From Dehalococcoidia bacterium (GTDB lineage: Bacteria; Chloroflexota; Dehalococcoidia; SHYD01): a DNA stretch of 64,000 nt. The DNA lies in NCBI GenBank assembly GCA_965226775.1, contig CBDDEI010000002.1:653638-717637 (forward strand), given 5' to 3'. Positions within the stretch are counted from its first letter, which is position 1. Each line of letters starts with the position of its first letter. Both the position numbers and the translations under genes were made by a program. Of this stretch, positions 1 to 9,318 are shown piece after piece. The notes under the pieces are model-generated. The model was given only the letters and a program-made list of their open reading frames with translations, was not told where the DNA came from and made no database searches.

Positions 1-11
1 GTTTCCTTCCC

Positions 12-551
12 ATGACTGGAGCGTCTGTCCACATCTACCCCGTTACCCCCGACCACTGGCCGGACATGGCCCGCTTATTCGAAGCACGCGGCGCTCCCCA
101 CTACTGCTGGTGCATGGTCTACCGCGCGCCAGATAATCCCCGGCTCTCGAACGATGAGAAGCGCGACCGCATGGCGGGGCTGGTGAGCGCCGGCACGCCG
201 GTGGGCCTGCTGGCCTATGACGGCGACGAGCCCGTGGGGTGGTGCTCCGTTGCGCCGCGGGAGACGTATCTGCGCTTGGAACGTTCCCGCGTCATGCCCC
301 GTATAGGTGACGCGCCCACCTGGGCTGTCCTGTGCTTCTTTGTCCGCCGCTCGCACCGGCAGGCTGGCGTGGGCCACGCGCTGCTGGCGGGCGCAGTAGA
401 GTACGCGCGCAACCAGGGCGCGCAGGTCATCGAGGGGTATCCCTGGGACACGGCGGGCGTCTCATCCCGCCACCGGGGCCACTCGGCCCTGTTCCGCGCC
501 GCCGGCTTCACGCAAGAGGGCAAGCGGTGGGTGTTGAGGGAGCGTTCTTAA
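12..551 (+). CDS. GNAT family N-acetyltransferase
   Basis: 179-aa ORF with an acetyl-CoA binding-like motif (RQAGVGHALL) and GNAT fold layout. ATG at 12. Host-like GC. Confidence 0.7.
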   Translation: MTGASVHIYPVTPDHWPDMARLFEARGAPHYCWCMVYRAPDNPRLSNDEKRDRMAGLVSAGTPVGLLAYDGDEPVGWCSVAPRETYLRLERSRVMPRIGDAPTWAVLCFFVRRSHRQAGVGHALLAGAVEYARNQGAQVIEGYPWDTAGVSSRHRGHSALFRAAGFTQEGKRWVLRERS

Positions 552-559
552 ATTCTAAC

Positions 560-1860
560 GATCCAGAACGAGAAGCAGTTTCTGGACTAAGAATGGACCA
601 GGCCTTCATCTCGCTATAAGATTGCCTGCAGTGTTAGGAGATAGTCTGTAGCACGATTTATGACACTTTGACGTCGATAATGCCAGCTGACTTAAAGGGC
701 TTCGAAGAGCGTATTGGATGAAGCGGTAGAAGGCTTCCAGGACCAGTTAGAGAGTGCTAAAGACGAAAGCTGACCAATGATGGTTTTCAATTCTACCGCC
801 TATTGGTTGGAAGGGTGAATCGCTTGCCTAATGGCAGTCAGAATTGCGTCTTCAAAGACCTTACGAGAAAATCCCTAATGGGCTGTCCTTCTCTACCTCC
901 AACGGCGAACCTTGCCTATCACTGAGCCCGCTCTAGTATGGAGCTCTGACAGAACCAAGTTGCTTTGGCAAAAGTCAGCTCAATGAACTGGTAGCTTTAT
1001 CAGGACTCGTAGCTGAGTCCTTAAAGCGCTTGCCTGGCGAGTTAGCCATTTTGATACTGAACTTGGGATCCTGTTGCTTCAATGTGAGAAGGAGCCCAGT
1101 TACCATGCTTCCCTCAATGGGCATCCTCCAAGTTCGTTTGAAAGGCTGCTGCCTTTGCCAACATGAATCGAGAAAATGCTTTAGCTGGGGCTGACTTGCC
1201 TTCCAAGTGCTCCATGTTGAATTTCTCTATTAGAGAGTTGCGAATAGCGTCCCATTATTACTATGGAGCAAATGCCTGGAAGCGTAGGCCGCTTCAAGGC
1301 TAGAGGTCCCGAACTCTCGCCTCTGATGAATGAAACCTAATCATCGATAAGCTAATTCACCAATGAGATAGCTTCAGCCCGATCCTAACGGCAAGGGCAT
1401 GTCTCCTAAGCTGGAAGCTTACGCTCTCTAATGACCTTAAATCGACCTCATGTCTCAGCTATATAAGCCCTATGATTTCATCTTAAGAGTGGCTGATAGA
1501 TCAAGCGGGGGGCTATTGCTAAACCTGGATTCAAGGAAACCTTCGGCATAGAGGTGCAGCCCTCTGGCCATGAAGCCAAAACCGAATCATCCATCTCTTC
1601 CAAAACGATAAGGATGGGTTGCTTAAGCCGATGGTGTTCGTCCAAGTCGTAAATTGCAGACGGCCTCGCGGAACACTTGCTTTCTAGCTCTTTAACCTTT
1701 GCAAGCACTTCATCCAAGGTGATTGATTGATGTGTGGAGGATAGTTGACTCATGTATTACACCATTGCTAGGAGGGATATGCACCTTTTGTAAGGCCTAT
1801 TGTCTTGCAGATTGACCGCCAACGTCAAAGTCCTTCGTAGAATTCAGACTTTCCTTCCCT
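560..1860. other. AT-rich (~47% GC) ORF-poor region, probably decayed foreign DNA or a non-coding element
   Basis: Composition is visibly lower-GC than the flanking ~63% GC coding DNA. Only one 91-aa ORF (1478-1753, -) with no RBS. Lies directly downstream of the prophage portal gene. Confidence 0.5.
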
Positions 1861-1895
1861 CACCCTAACCCTCTCCCAGAGGGCGAGGGAAGCAC

Positions 1896-3224
1896 TTAGC
1901 CCTCCTCCTCTCGCCACCTAGCCAGCTCCGCGTCGGGGTCGGCCACGCCGAGCAGGTCCGCCGCGGTGTGGCGAGAGTGGATGCCCGCCGCCACCAGCGC
2001 CGTCTCATCGGCCACCAGGCGGCTGCGGTCTTGCGGCAGCACCGAGCCCCAATTGATGCCCAGTCGCACCGGCCCAAAGCGCTGATCCGTCTTTTGCTCC
2101 AGCACCCGCAGGATCATCTGGTTTCGTTGCCGGTAGGCCGCGCTCCTGATGAGCCGCTTGCGCTTCACCTTCTGCAACAACGGGTGCAGCTCCATCTCCA
2201 ACGCCACGCCGGAGAGCGCTCGGCTGTTGTCGCCAAAGCTGGTGCGGGGCGCTTCCCCCAAGTCGTGGAGCGCCCGGTACAGCAGGTCGATGTAGCTGGT
2301 GTGCAGTTGCACGCCGCCGCCCTGCAGCAGATCCAGGAGGTATGCCTTAGCCCGCTCCGGCAGCTCCCACACCGCGCCTGGCTGCACTGCGATGTCCTGC
2401 GCGTCCTCCACGTTCTCCAGCACGGCAATGGGGTTGCCGGAAAGCTCGAGGATACTGGAAAGCTGGGTGAAGGCTCGGTTCAGCTCCCGGGCCGGCTCCA
2501 TCAAGGGGGCCAGGTCCGACACCCCCCAGAACTGCTTGGCCTCCCTTAGGTTGGGGAAGACCACAAAGGGGATGAAGCCGTAAGGGTTGGCCTTGGACTC
2601 CAGCAGCTCCCCCTCCAGCCAGAGCTGGAAGGCGTCTGCCGTCCACACCTCCGTAACGGCGTAGCTCTGCTTCTGCTGCCGAGCGCCCCGCGTCCTGCCT
2701 GCGGCCAGCGCCTGCGCGCCGTACAGCGCTGCCGCTTCTTCTGCGCTCAACGCGTACCGGCTGGCCACGCGCCACAGCCGGCCGGGGTCGTCGCCCCACC
2801 ACCAGACGTAGAGGCCCTGCACGTCCGGCGCGGTAACCCGCACCCGGCCTTGCGCCGGGTCCCAGGTCACTTTGAAGCAGCCGTCGCCCAGGATGGCGGT
2901 ATCCACCTCCGTGTCGAAGTCCAACTGCGCCAGGCCGTTGGCATCGTAGACCTGCGCCAGCGCGCGCTCCGCCTTGGTCGCCGCCTCGGCTGCCTCCGGC
3001 GAGGTCTCCCACGCCTCCGCGGTGTAGGTCACCTCGCTCATAAGATAAGAGGTAGCCTTCTCGACGAGCACCTTGGCGTAGTTGAAGGTGAGACGGCGCT
3101 CCCTGCGCCACGCCCGGCCCTGCCACTGCGCGCCTCGGTAGAACTCCAGGTGTTCTCTGTAGCGCCGGAACCGTTCCTGATCCATGCGGGCGAGTTGCTG
3201 TGGAAAGGGTGCTGTTTGTTCCAT
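1896..3224 (-). CDS. Phage portal protein (SPP1 Gp6-like family)
   Basis: 442 aa with a portal-family conserved core (…SSILELSGNPIAVLENVEDAQ…). Immediately downstream of terminase genes. Confidence 0.8.
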   Translation of the reverse strand: MEQTAPFPQQLARMDQERFRRYREHLEFYRGAQWQGRAWRRERRLTFNYAKVLVEKATSYLMSEVTYTAEAWETSPEAAEAATKAERALAQVYDANGLAQLDFDTEVDTAILGDGCFKVTWDPAQGRVRVTAPDVQGLYVWWWGDDPGRLWRVASRYALSAEEAAALYGAQALAAGRTRGARQQKQSYAVTEVWTADAFQLWLEGELLESKANPYGFIPFVVFPNLREAKQFWGVSDLAPLMEPARELNRAFTQLSSILELSGNPIAVLENVEDAQDIAVQPGAVWELPERAKAYLLDLLQGGGVQLHTSYIDLLYRALHDLGEAPRTSFGDNSRALSGVALEMELHPLLQKVKRKRLIRSAAYRQRNQMILRVLEQKTDQRFGPVRLGINWGSVLPQDRSRLVADETALVAAGIHSRHTAADLLGVADPDAELARWREEEG

Positions 3225-3322
3225 AAAGAAGTTACTCCTCTTGTATCATCCCAACCCCCGCAAAGGGGTTTGAGGTAACCTACGGGTTCATCAATGAGTT
3301 CAGGGGGACTCCCCCGTGATGC

Positions 3323-3637
3323 CTATTGCTGACCCTGCCCTCGCATGCGGGCCACCGCACGGTGCACTGTGCGACGGCTCACGCCAAAGCGCTCCGCCAG
3401 CGCGTGGATGTCCGGCCCCCGCTCCAGGTACAGCCGGTAGATCTCCTTGTCCCGCTCCTCCTGCGCCTGCCGTCGCTCCTCCTCTGGCTCATCGTAGATG
3501 CACTTCGCCAGCGGACATCGCAGGCAGGAGGGTGATACCTCGCACCCGGTATCCGGGAAGTAATCCTCGCTCGGCTCCCGGTCCACCAGCGGCAGCCGGC
3601 GCTTCTTGCTGTAAAGCTCTGTTCGTAACCCTGTCAT
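3323..3637 (-). CDS. Small Zn-ribbon + C-terminal HTH DNA-binding protein (possible phage regulator or terminase small-subunit-like)
   Basis: 104 aa with four Cys (CEVSPSCLRCPLAKC) followed by a sigma-70 region-4-like HTH (IHALAERFGVSRRTVHRAV). Sits between TerL and portal. Confidence 0.5.
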   Translation of the reverse strand: MTGLRTELYSKKRRLPLVDREPSEDYFPDTGCEVSPSCLRCPLAKCIYDEPEEERRQAQEERDKEIYRLYLERGPDIHALAERFGVSRRTVHRAVARMRGQGQQ

Positions 3638-3651
3638 TGACCGTCCCCCAC

Positions 3652-5025
3652 TTACGCATTGCTGTAACTCCGACCTCTCGCACTCCGGGGCTGGTACATA
3701 CTCGCCGCCTCCAGGGTGAGCGCTAAGCTCATCAGGTAATCGTCATGGCCGTCCCGCTCCTTCACGTAGAATTGCATCCGTTGGTTGGATCGATACTCTC
3801 CTTGCGCCCGCTGCAACTGCCGCCACAGCTCCCCACACTCCTCGGTGCCGTCCGGCGCATACAGCTTCAGGCGATGCAGGTTGGCTGCCGCCAGCAGCGC
3901 GAAGCCCAGGCGTGACTTGCTCTCCGCACTGAACACAAAGGGGTGCGCTACGGCCGCGCCCAGCAGTCGCTGGAGCATGCTGGCGATGCCTTGGCCCAGG
4001 CCCGTGGCGTCTACTAGCACGCGACGGCAATGCCAGGTGCGCCCCAGTAGGCCCGACAGCTCGCCGATGAGCGACGCGTGGTCGCGGCCGCTCCAGCGCG
4101 CGTGTTCCACCACCTCGACTCGTGGCGCGGGCACCAGTGACGGCTCATCGCTGGGCATCACCCGCGCGATGGTCGCCACTGTGGCATCGTGTTCCCGCGC
4201 TCCTTCGCCCTCTCCCGCGCCGCCGCCAATATCGACGCCCGCCACGTAGACGGCGCCGTCGGGCGCGTGCAGCCGGGGGTGGTCACCCTGCAACCACGCC
4301 AGCTGTTGCGCGCTGAACAGCCCGAGGCCGCCGTGGAGCGGCTCCAGGCAGTACTGCGTGCGGAACAGGGGATGGTTGCTCCCCAACCGCGCCTCTTCGC
4401 CTGCTACGTAGACGCCATAGTTGGGGTTGTGTCGTGCCACTTCTTGCCAGTCGTAGTGGAAATGGCGTTGTATGCCATCCTTCCGCTCTAGCTCCAGGTT
4501 CACCTGTTTCTGCTGCTCCAGCAGCGACTCGCCGTCCCAGGGCGTGCCGTATAGCACGGTAGTGGCGTTGGCGCTGGCCCCCATGGGCCGGAACTCCTTC
4601 TGATACTTCTCCGGGTCCACGTCCTGGGCCTCGTCCACCTCCAGCAGCAGGTCGGCGGTCGCGCCCACCACGTTGGCCGACGGTTCCGCGCTGTAGAAGC
4701 GTTGCTGCGCCCGGCCCAGCCGCACCAGGTAGCCGTGCTCCGTGCGGACGTGGTCGCCGTAGCCCGCTTCCGACAAGCGAGCCCGCAGCCGCTCCATACT
4801 GATGAGCGCCTGAGGGGCAAAGGTGGGCGCGCACTTCACGCCGCTCCCGCCCTTGAGCATGTGGAGGGTCAGCAGCAAGGTCTCCAGCTGTGCCGAGAGT
4901 TCGTTCTTGCCTCCCTGCCGGGCGATCTCCACGGTGAAGGTAAGGCCGTTGCGGTTCAGCACGCTGTCCAGCACCGCCCGCCCGACCTCTACCTGGTACG
5001 GCCGCAATTTACGCATCACAGCCAC
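3652..5025 (-). CDS. terL: Phage terminase large subunit
   Basis: 457 aa with an N-terminal ATPase (Walker A-like GGKN, Walker B LLEVDEAQD) and a C-terminal RNaseH-like nuclease with acidic residues (VAGVDIGGG, HDDY). Confidence 0.85.
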   Translation of the reverse strand: MAVMRKLRPYQVEVGRAVLDSVLNRNGLTFTVEIARQGGKNELSAQLETLLLTLHMLKGGSGVKCAPTFAPQALISMERLRARLSEAGYGDHVRTEHGYLVRLGRAQQRFYSAEPSANVVGATADLLLEVDEAQDVDPEKYQKEFRPMGASANATTVLYGTPWDGESLLEQQKQVNLELERKDGIQRHFHYDWQEVARHNPNYGVYVAGEEARLGSNHPLFRTQYCLEPLHGGLGLFSAQQLAWLQGDHPRLHAPDGAVYVAGVDIGGGAGEGEGAREHDATVATIARVMPSDEPSLVPAPRVEVVEHARWSGRDHASLIGELSGLLGRTWHCRRVLVDATGLGQGIASMLQRLLGAAVAHPFVFSAESKSRLGFALLAAANLHRLKLYAPDGTEECGELWRQLQRAQGEYRSNQRMQFYVKERDGHDDYLMSLALTLEAASMYQPRSARGRSYSNA

Positions 5026-5123
5026 GCACTACCCACGGCTCAATCCGTCCAGGGTGAGCGAATGATCCGATTGAGAAAAATGGTGAGTCAGGTGTTGATT
5101 GAAATGCTTCCACAAACCGGTCC

Positions 5124-5357
5124 TCATGCCATACCCGACCATTTCAACAGCAGCTGCGTCAGCACCGCGCCCGCCACTAAATAGAGCAGCCCGTTGATGC
5201 GGCTCCGCACCTCTGCCATCTCCCGCTCCAGTGCCGCCAAGCGCGCCGCCAGCTCTATCGCCGACACCACGGCGCTTGGAGCAGCAGCCGGAGCGTGATT
5301 GCCCGCCGCGCGCGACCGCTGTAGCAACGACCGCAGCGCGCGGGTGAACTCATCCAC
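5124..5357 (-). CDS. Small phage-associated protein with coiled-coil and C-terminal transmembrane helix
   Basis: The GTG start overlaps the stop of the upstream gene (GTGGATGA coupling). C-terminal hydrophobic helix LLYLVAGAVLTQLLL. Confidence 0.4.
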   Translation of the reverse strand: MDEFTRALRSLLQRSRAAGNHAPAAAPSAVVSAIELAARLAALEREMAEVRSRINGLLYLVAGAVLTQLLLKWSGMA

Positions 5358-5706
5358 GGGAATCTTCCTCCGGCAGCAGCAACTCGCCGACACCCTTCAG
5401 CACACCCACCGCGCTCTGAAAGAGATCGTCCTCACTCTTGCCGCTGATGCGATAGCGCGCCGCCACCGCGCGCACTAACAGCTCCATGCCCCGCAGGATC
5501 ACGGGCATGTCATCCGGGTGCTGTGCCAGGCTGCTGTACAGCTTCACCCGTAAGACCGCGATCTCCTCGTCCAGTCCCTCCACCGCTCGTGCGGGACCTA
5601 ACGCCGCTTGCTCGGCTTCCTGGAGCGCGGTGGTGTAAAAGTCTCGAGCGACTTTACGGGTCCGCCGCCGTTTTACTGGATGGACTCGCTCCGGTTCCTT
5701 AGTCAT
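5350..5706 (-). CDS. Hypothetical phage-associated protein (118 aa)
   Basis: In-frame ATG at 5706 overlaps the stop of the preceding small gene (ATGACTAA). The N-terminal extension offered by the ORF track (to 5757) is Arg/Cys-rich and unlikely to be real. Confidence 0.45.
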   Translation of the reverse strand: MTKEPERVHPVKRRRTRKVARDFYTTALQEAEQAALGPARAVEGLDEEIAVLRVKLYSSLAQHPDDMPVILRGMELLVRAVAARYRISGKSEDDLFQSAVGVLKGVGELLLPEEDSRG

Positions 5707-5845
5707 GCGGCTCCTCGAGCAGTGCCAGGATCTCCGGCAGAGTGTCCGGCACCGCATCCTCCAAGGTTCGTAGCAGGCCCAACGCGAGCAACAGCGCCAC
5801 CAGCTCCCATTGCTCCTGTTTGATAGCTTGTTCCAATGTGCTCAT
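5699..5845 (-). CDS. Small hypothetical protein (48 aa), translationally coupled
   Basis: Not in the ORF track (too short). ATG preceded by AGGAGG. The start overlaps the stop of the 5842-6144 gene (ATGA). Acidic, helical sequence. Confidence 0.4.
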   Translation of the reverse strand: MSTLEQAIKQEQWELVALLLALGLLRTLEDAVPDTLPEILALLEEPHD

Positions 5846-6144
5846 GCCTTGCCTCCTGTGAGTCGAACCAGCAGTCGCTGCACTACCGCCAGCGCAATCG
5901 CCAGGCTCCCTAACGCGACCATGCCTTGGGCTAGCGCAGCCGTTTCCGGCGACGGTTCAGCGCCGCGCCAGAGACTTACCCCGTGCACAACGCTCTGGGC
6001 CAACGTCCCGCCGCACACCAGCGCGAGAATGTTTGCGCTTCTGCGCCGCCGGTGTCCTAGGGGGCGGATCGTGGCAAAGTAGGCTGCGTTGCCCGCGCTG
6101 GCAAGCGTAGTGATAGCGTGTAAAATCAGCAGTCCTTCTGTCAC
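5842..6144 (-). CDS. Small membrane protein (3 predicted TM segments; holin-like?)
   Basis: 100 aa, hydrophobic. First gene of the coupled small-gene string upstream of terL. Confidence 0.4.
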   Translation of the reverse strand: MTEGLLILHAITTLASAGNAAYFATIRPLGHRRRRSANILALVCGGTLAQSVVHGVSLWRGAEPSPETAALAQGMVALGSLAIALAVVQRLLVRLTGGKA

Positions 6145-6330
6145 CGTGCTCCTCTACTGGCCGGGCTGTCCCCGCCCTCATTCAGTACCGCCACTCAACA
6201 ACTTCCTACCGCGGGGCAAGGCTCAGCCCGACCAGTGAAGTAAAAATAGAATAAACGTTCTAATTTAGTCAAGACAAATGGCACAGATGTAACCGTTGTC
6301 ATTACGAGAAGAGTGGGGAGTGCGTCGGGC

Positions 6331-7217
6331 GTGGCAGCCACCCCCGCTCGTGGTGAGCTAGTCGAACCAGGAGCAGGTGCGCGGGCCTCTGTCATTGCGA
6401 GGACTCGCCCTAAGGCGAGGCCGTGGCAATCTGGGGCGGGGGAGGAGGCGTTGCCCGTAGCCTGCGCGTGGGACACTCCCCGACACCGTGCCTCCCCGCC
6501 TCCCCAGATTGCTTCGCTCCTGCGTCGCTCCTCGCAAAGACGGGCTCACCATGAGCGGAGCGGGCAGCGTACCCCCGCTCATGGTGAGCTAGTCGAACCA
6601 GGAGCAGGCGCTGGGCCTCTGTCGTTGCGAGGACTCACCCTAGGCGAGGCCGTGGCAATCTGGGGCGGGGAGGAGCGCCGTTGCCCGTTGGCCTGCGCGT
6701 GGGACTGCTCCCCGACACCGTGCCTCCCGGCCTCCCCAGATTCGCTTCGTCACTCCTGCGTCGCTCCTCGCATGGTTCGACGGGCTGCGGAGCGGAGCGG
6801 GCAGCCACCCCCGCTCATGGTGAGCTAGTCGAACCAGGAGCAGGCGCGCGGGCCTCTGTCGTTGCGAGGACTCGCCCTAGGCGAGGCCGTGGCAATCTGG
6901 GGCGGGGGAGGCGCCGTTGCCCGTTGGCCTGCGCGTGGGATGCTCCCCGACACCGTGCCTCCCCGCCTCCCCAGATTGCTTCGTCACTCCTGCGTCGCTC
7001 CTCGCAAAGACAGTGTGGAGCGGTATGGCAGCCACCCCCGCTCGTGGTGAGCTAGTCGAACCAGGAGCAGGACTCGCCCTGTAGGCGAGGCCGTGGCAAT
7101 CTGGGGCGGGGGAGGAGGCGTTGTCCGTTGGCCTGCGCGTGGGATGCTCCCCGACACCGTGCCTCACCCACCTCACCGATTGCTTCGTCGAACTCCTGCG
7201 TCGCTCCTCGCAAAGAC
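6331..7217. repeat. Tandem direct repeat, ~230-bp unit, about 4 copies (last copy internally deleted), with nested inverted repeats
   Basis: Unit starts (cccccgctcRtggtgagctagtcgaacc) at 6341, 6572, 6808 and 7035, giving spacings of 231, 236 and 227 bp. Within a unit, ttgcgaggactcg pairs with cgtcgctcctcgcaa, and gcaatctggggcgggggagg pairs with cctccccgcctccccagattgc. ORFs across the array shift frame between copies, so it is non-coding. Confidence 0.9.
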
Positions 7218-7359
7218 AGTGCTGGGGTGGTAGGGTGGCCAGCCCTCCGCAGCCAGCATCTTGCCTCCCGCACGCCTGCAGTGTAGAGTGCGTTGAGCAA
7301 CAGCTTCGGTGGTCGAGCCTGCCGAGAGCACCGAGGCTTAATGAAAAGATGCGTTTAGC

Positions 7360-7953
7360 ATGACCACTGCAAACCTGAACCGCTGCCCCTGGCCCGGCGC
7401 CGATCCCCTCATGCAGGCCTATCATGATCAGGAGTGGGGTGTGCCCGTCCATGACGACCGTAAACACTTCGAGTTCCTGGTGCTGGACGGCATGCAGGCA
7501 GGGTTAAGCTGGCAAACTATCCTCCGCAAGCGCGAGAACTTTCGTCGAGCCTTCGACGGCTTCGATCCCGCGGTTGTGGCCCGCTATGGAGATAGTGAGG
7601 TCGAGCGCCTCCTCTCCGACGCCGGGATTGTGCGCAACCGCCTCAAGGTCCACGCAGCCATAACAAACGCTCAGTGGCTGCAGGAAACCCAGGCGGAGTT
7701 CGGCTCCTTCGATGCTTATATCTGGCGCTTTGTAGATGGCCGCACCATCCTCCACCAGCGACGCGCACTTACCGACCTTCCCGCTACCTCTCCCGAGTCC
7801 GACGCCATGAGCAAGGACCTGGTGCGCCGCGGCTTCAAGTTCGTGGGCTCCACCATCTGCTACGCCTACATGCAGGCCGCGGGTATGATCAACGACCATG
7901 TGGTCGACTGCTTCCGCTACGATGAGCTGGCGCAGGCGGGAGCTCACTCGTGA
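7360..7953 (+). CDS. tag: DNA-3-methyladenine glycosylase I
   Basis: 197 aa with Tag family motifs (CPW…DQEWGVPVHDD…LDGMQAGLSW; Zn-binding C/H pattern). Confidence 0.85.
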   Translation: MTTANLNRCPWPGADPLMQAYHDQEWGVPVHDDRKHFEFLVLDGMQAGLSWQTILRKRENFRRAFDGFDPAVVARYGDSEVERLLSDAGIVRNRLKVHAAITNAQWLQETQAEFGSFDAYIWRFVDGRTILHQRRALTDLPATSPESDAMSKDLVRRGFKFVGSTICYAYMQAAGMINDHVVDCFRYDELAQAGAHS

Positions 7954-8561
7954 ACCGCCGCACCGACGACCTTTACGAGCGCGCTGGGCGGCTCCACGCC
8001 GTTCTTGGCGCAGCGCTAGGGGTGGACAGGAGCACAGCGCCCACACGACTGCGCGCTGACCTCAAGTGGTTGGAGTTCTTTCAGGAGTCTGGCGCGCCGG
8101 TCTCGGACGAGGACCTCGAGAGCCTGGCGGTGCCCCTTATCCAAGCCCTGGCAGACCTCCGGGAGGAAGCGGCCGCGTGGCTCACTACGCATGGACAGGA
8201 CTCGGCCCAGGTGGACGCACTCATCGCGGCGCATGCGCCCGTAGCAATCCTCCAAGACCTGGCCTATCTCAATAGGTACGGCGCGCCTCCCAGAGATGGC
8301 GGGCTCTCCGGCAAAGCGCCCCGGCTTACGCACTTCCGCAGGATGATGCAGCCCGGTTCGGGGTCCCACAACACCTCGGTGACCTACGTCTTCGCCCCCT
8401 CCGGTGGGCCGCCGCTGGCCGGCGCAGGCTCGGAGCACACCACGGTCACCGCAGACGTGGTGGATAGCGATGGCGTGAAGCTGGGCGACCTGCGGGAGCT
8501 GGAGCTGGCTGCTTTGACCGAGTGGGAAGCATTCTTCCGCTCTCTGGGCGTGATCCACTAG
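7950..8561 (+). CDS. Hypothetical protein (203 aa), translationally coupled between tag and radC
   Basis: The GTG start overlaps the tag stop (GTGA). Protein-like composition. The antisense ORF 8016-8618 is Arg-rich junk. Confidence 0.55.
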   Translation: MNRRTDDLYERAGRLHAVLGAALGVDRSTAPTRLRADLKWLEFFQESGAPVSDEDLESLAVPLIQALADLREEAAAWLTTHGQDSAQVDALIAAHAPVAILQDLAYLNRYGAPPRDGGLSGKAPRLTHFRRMMQPGSGSHNTSVTYVFAPSGGPPLAGAGSEHTTVTADVVDSDGVKLGDLRELELAALTEWEAFFRSLGVIH

Positions 8562-8574
8562 TCGGGAGCAGCTC

Positions 8575-9288
8575 ATGACCACTACGCCTGACCCGCCCGT
8601 CGAGTACCGTCTCCGCATCCGGGAGTTGCCCGCAGAGGAACGCCCGCGGGAGCGGCTGCGGGACTACGGCCCCGGCGCCCTCAGCAATGCCGAGCTCCTT
8701 GCCATCATCCTGCGCGTGGGCACGGCTACCGAGAACGCGGTGCGCTTGGCCGAGCGCCTGCTAGCCCACTTCGGCGGCCTGCCGGGTCTGTATCGTGCCA
8801 GCTTCAACGAGCTGCGCAACCAGCACGGCCTCGGCGAGGCTAAGGCGGCGCAGTTGCAGGCCGCGTTAGAGCTGGGCAAGCGCCTTCTCTCGATGTCTCC
8901 GGAGGATAGGGCCTCCGTGCGCTCACCACAGGACGTGGCTAACCTGGTACAGGGGGAGATGGCGTTGCTGGAGCAGGAGCACCTGCGGGTAGTGTTGCTG
9001 AACACCCGCAATCAGGTGTTGGGCATGCCGGAGCTGTATCGAGGCAGCGTGAACAGCGCGCAGGTGCGGGTGGCGGAGGTGCTGCGACCCGCGGTCCGGG
9101 AGAACTGCCCCGCGCTGGTCGTGGTCCACAACCATCCTTCCGGCGACCCTACGCCCAGCGGGCAGGACATCGCGCTGACTAAGGAGCTGGTGGCGGCCGG
9201 CAAGCTCCTCGACATCGAGGTCCTCGACCACATCGTCATTGGCCGCGGCCGCTTTGTCAGCCTCAAGGAAACCAACCAGGGGTTCTAG
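8575..9288 (+). CDS. radC: RadC-family (JAMM/MPN) protein
   Basis: 237 aa with a C-terminal JAMM motif ([14 protein letters not shown]) and an N-terminal helix-hairpin-helix-like region. Confidence 0.85.
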   Translation: MTTTPDPPVEYRLRIRELPAEERPRERLRDYGPGALSNAELLAIILRVGTATENAVRLAERLLAHFGGLPGLYRASFNELRNQHGLGEAKAAQLQAALELGKRLLSMSPEDRASVRSPQDVANLVQGEMALLEQEHLRVVLLNTRNQVLGMPELYRGSVNSAQVRVAEVLRPAVRENCPALVVVHNHPSGDPTPSGQDIALTKELVAAGKLLDIEVLDHIVIGRGRFVSLKETNQGF

Positions 9289-9318
9289 TCGCGGGGCCTC
9301 ACGCGCCGCCGATGCGGC

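Larger units (their letters stand above)
1865..6180 (-). mobile_element. Cryptic prophage remnant (packaging module only: TerL, Zn-ribbon/HTH protein, portal, small coupled genes)
   Basis: Contiguous minus-strand genes for terminase large subunit and portal, plus small overlapping ORFs. No capsid, tail, integrase or lysis genes are recognisable. Host-like GC suggests long residence. Confidence 0.7.

Noticed and set aside
1478-1753. 91-aa ORF in the AT-rich region as a real antitoxin-like gene
   Set aside because: No RBS. The C-terminal half is low-complexity and the region appears decayed. Kept only as a possible gene fragment.
2347-3126. Long antisense or overlapping ORFs (e.g. 2347-3126, 4283-4834, 8016-8618, 18587-19120, 24322-25089, 25859-26668, 46576-47214, 53223-53984)
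   Set aside because: Typical high-GC shadow ORFs: Arg/Ala/Gly-rich, they overlap well-supported genes on the opposite strand or in another frame, and have no motifs.
6331-7217. CRISPR array
   Set aside because: The repeat unit is ~230 bp and the whole unit is conserved. No short repeat/unique spacer alternation and no cas genes in the window.
6313-7467. ORFs 6313-6828(+), 6681-7055(+), 6862-7050(+), 6877-7467(-), 7052-7300(-) inside the tandem repeat
   Set aside because: Their amino-acid repeats fall out of register because the unit length varies by non-multiples of 3. Composition is Arg/Pro/Gly-rich high-GC noise. They are better explained as a non-coding repeat.
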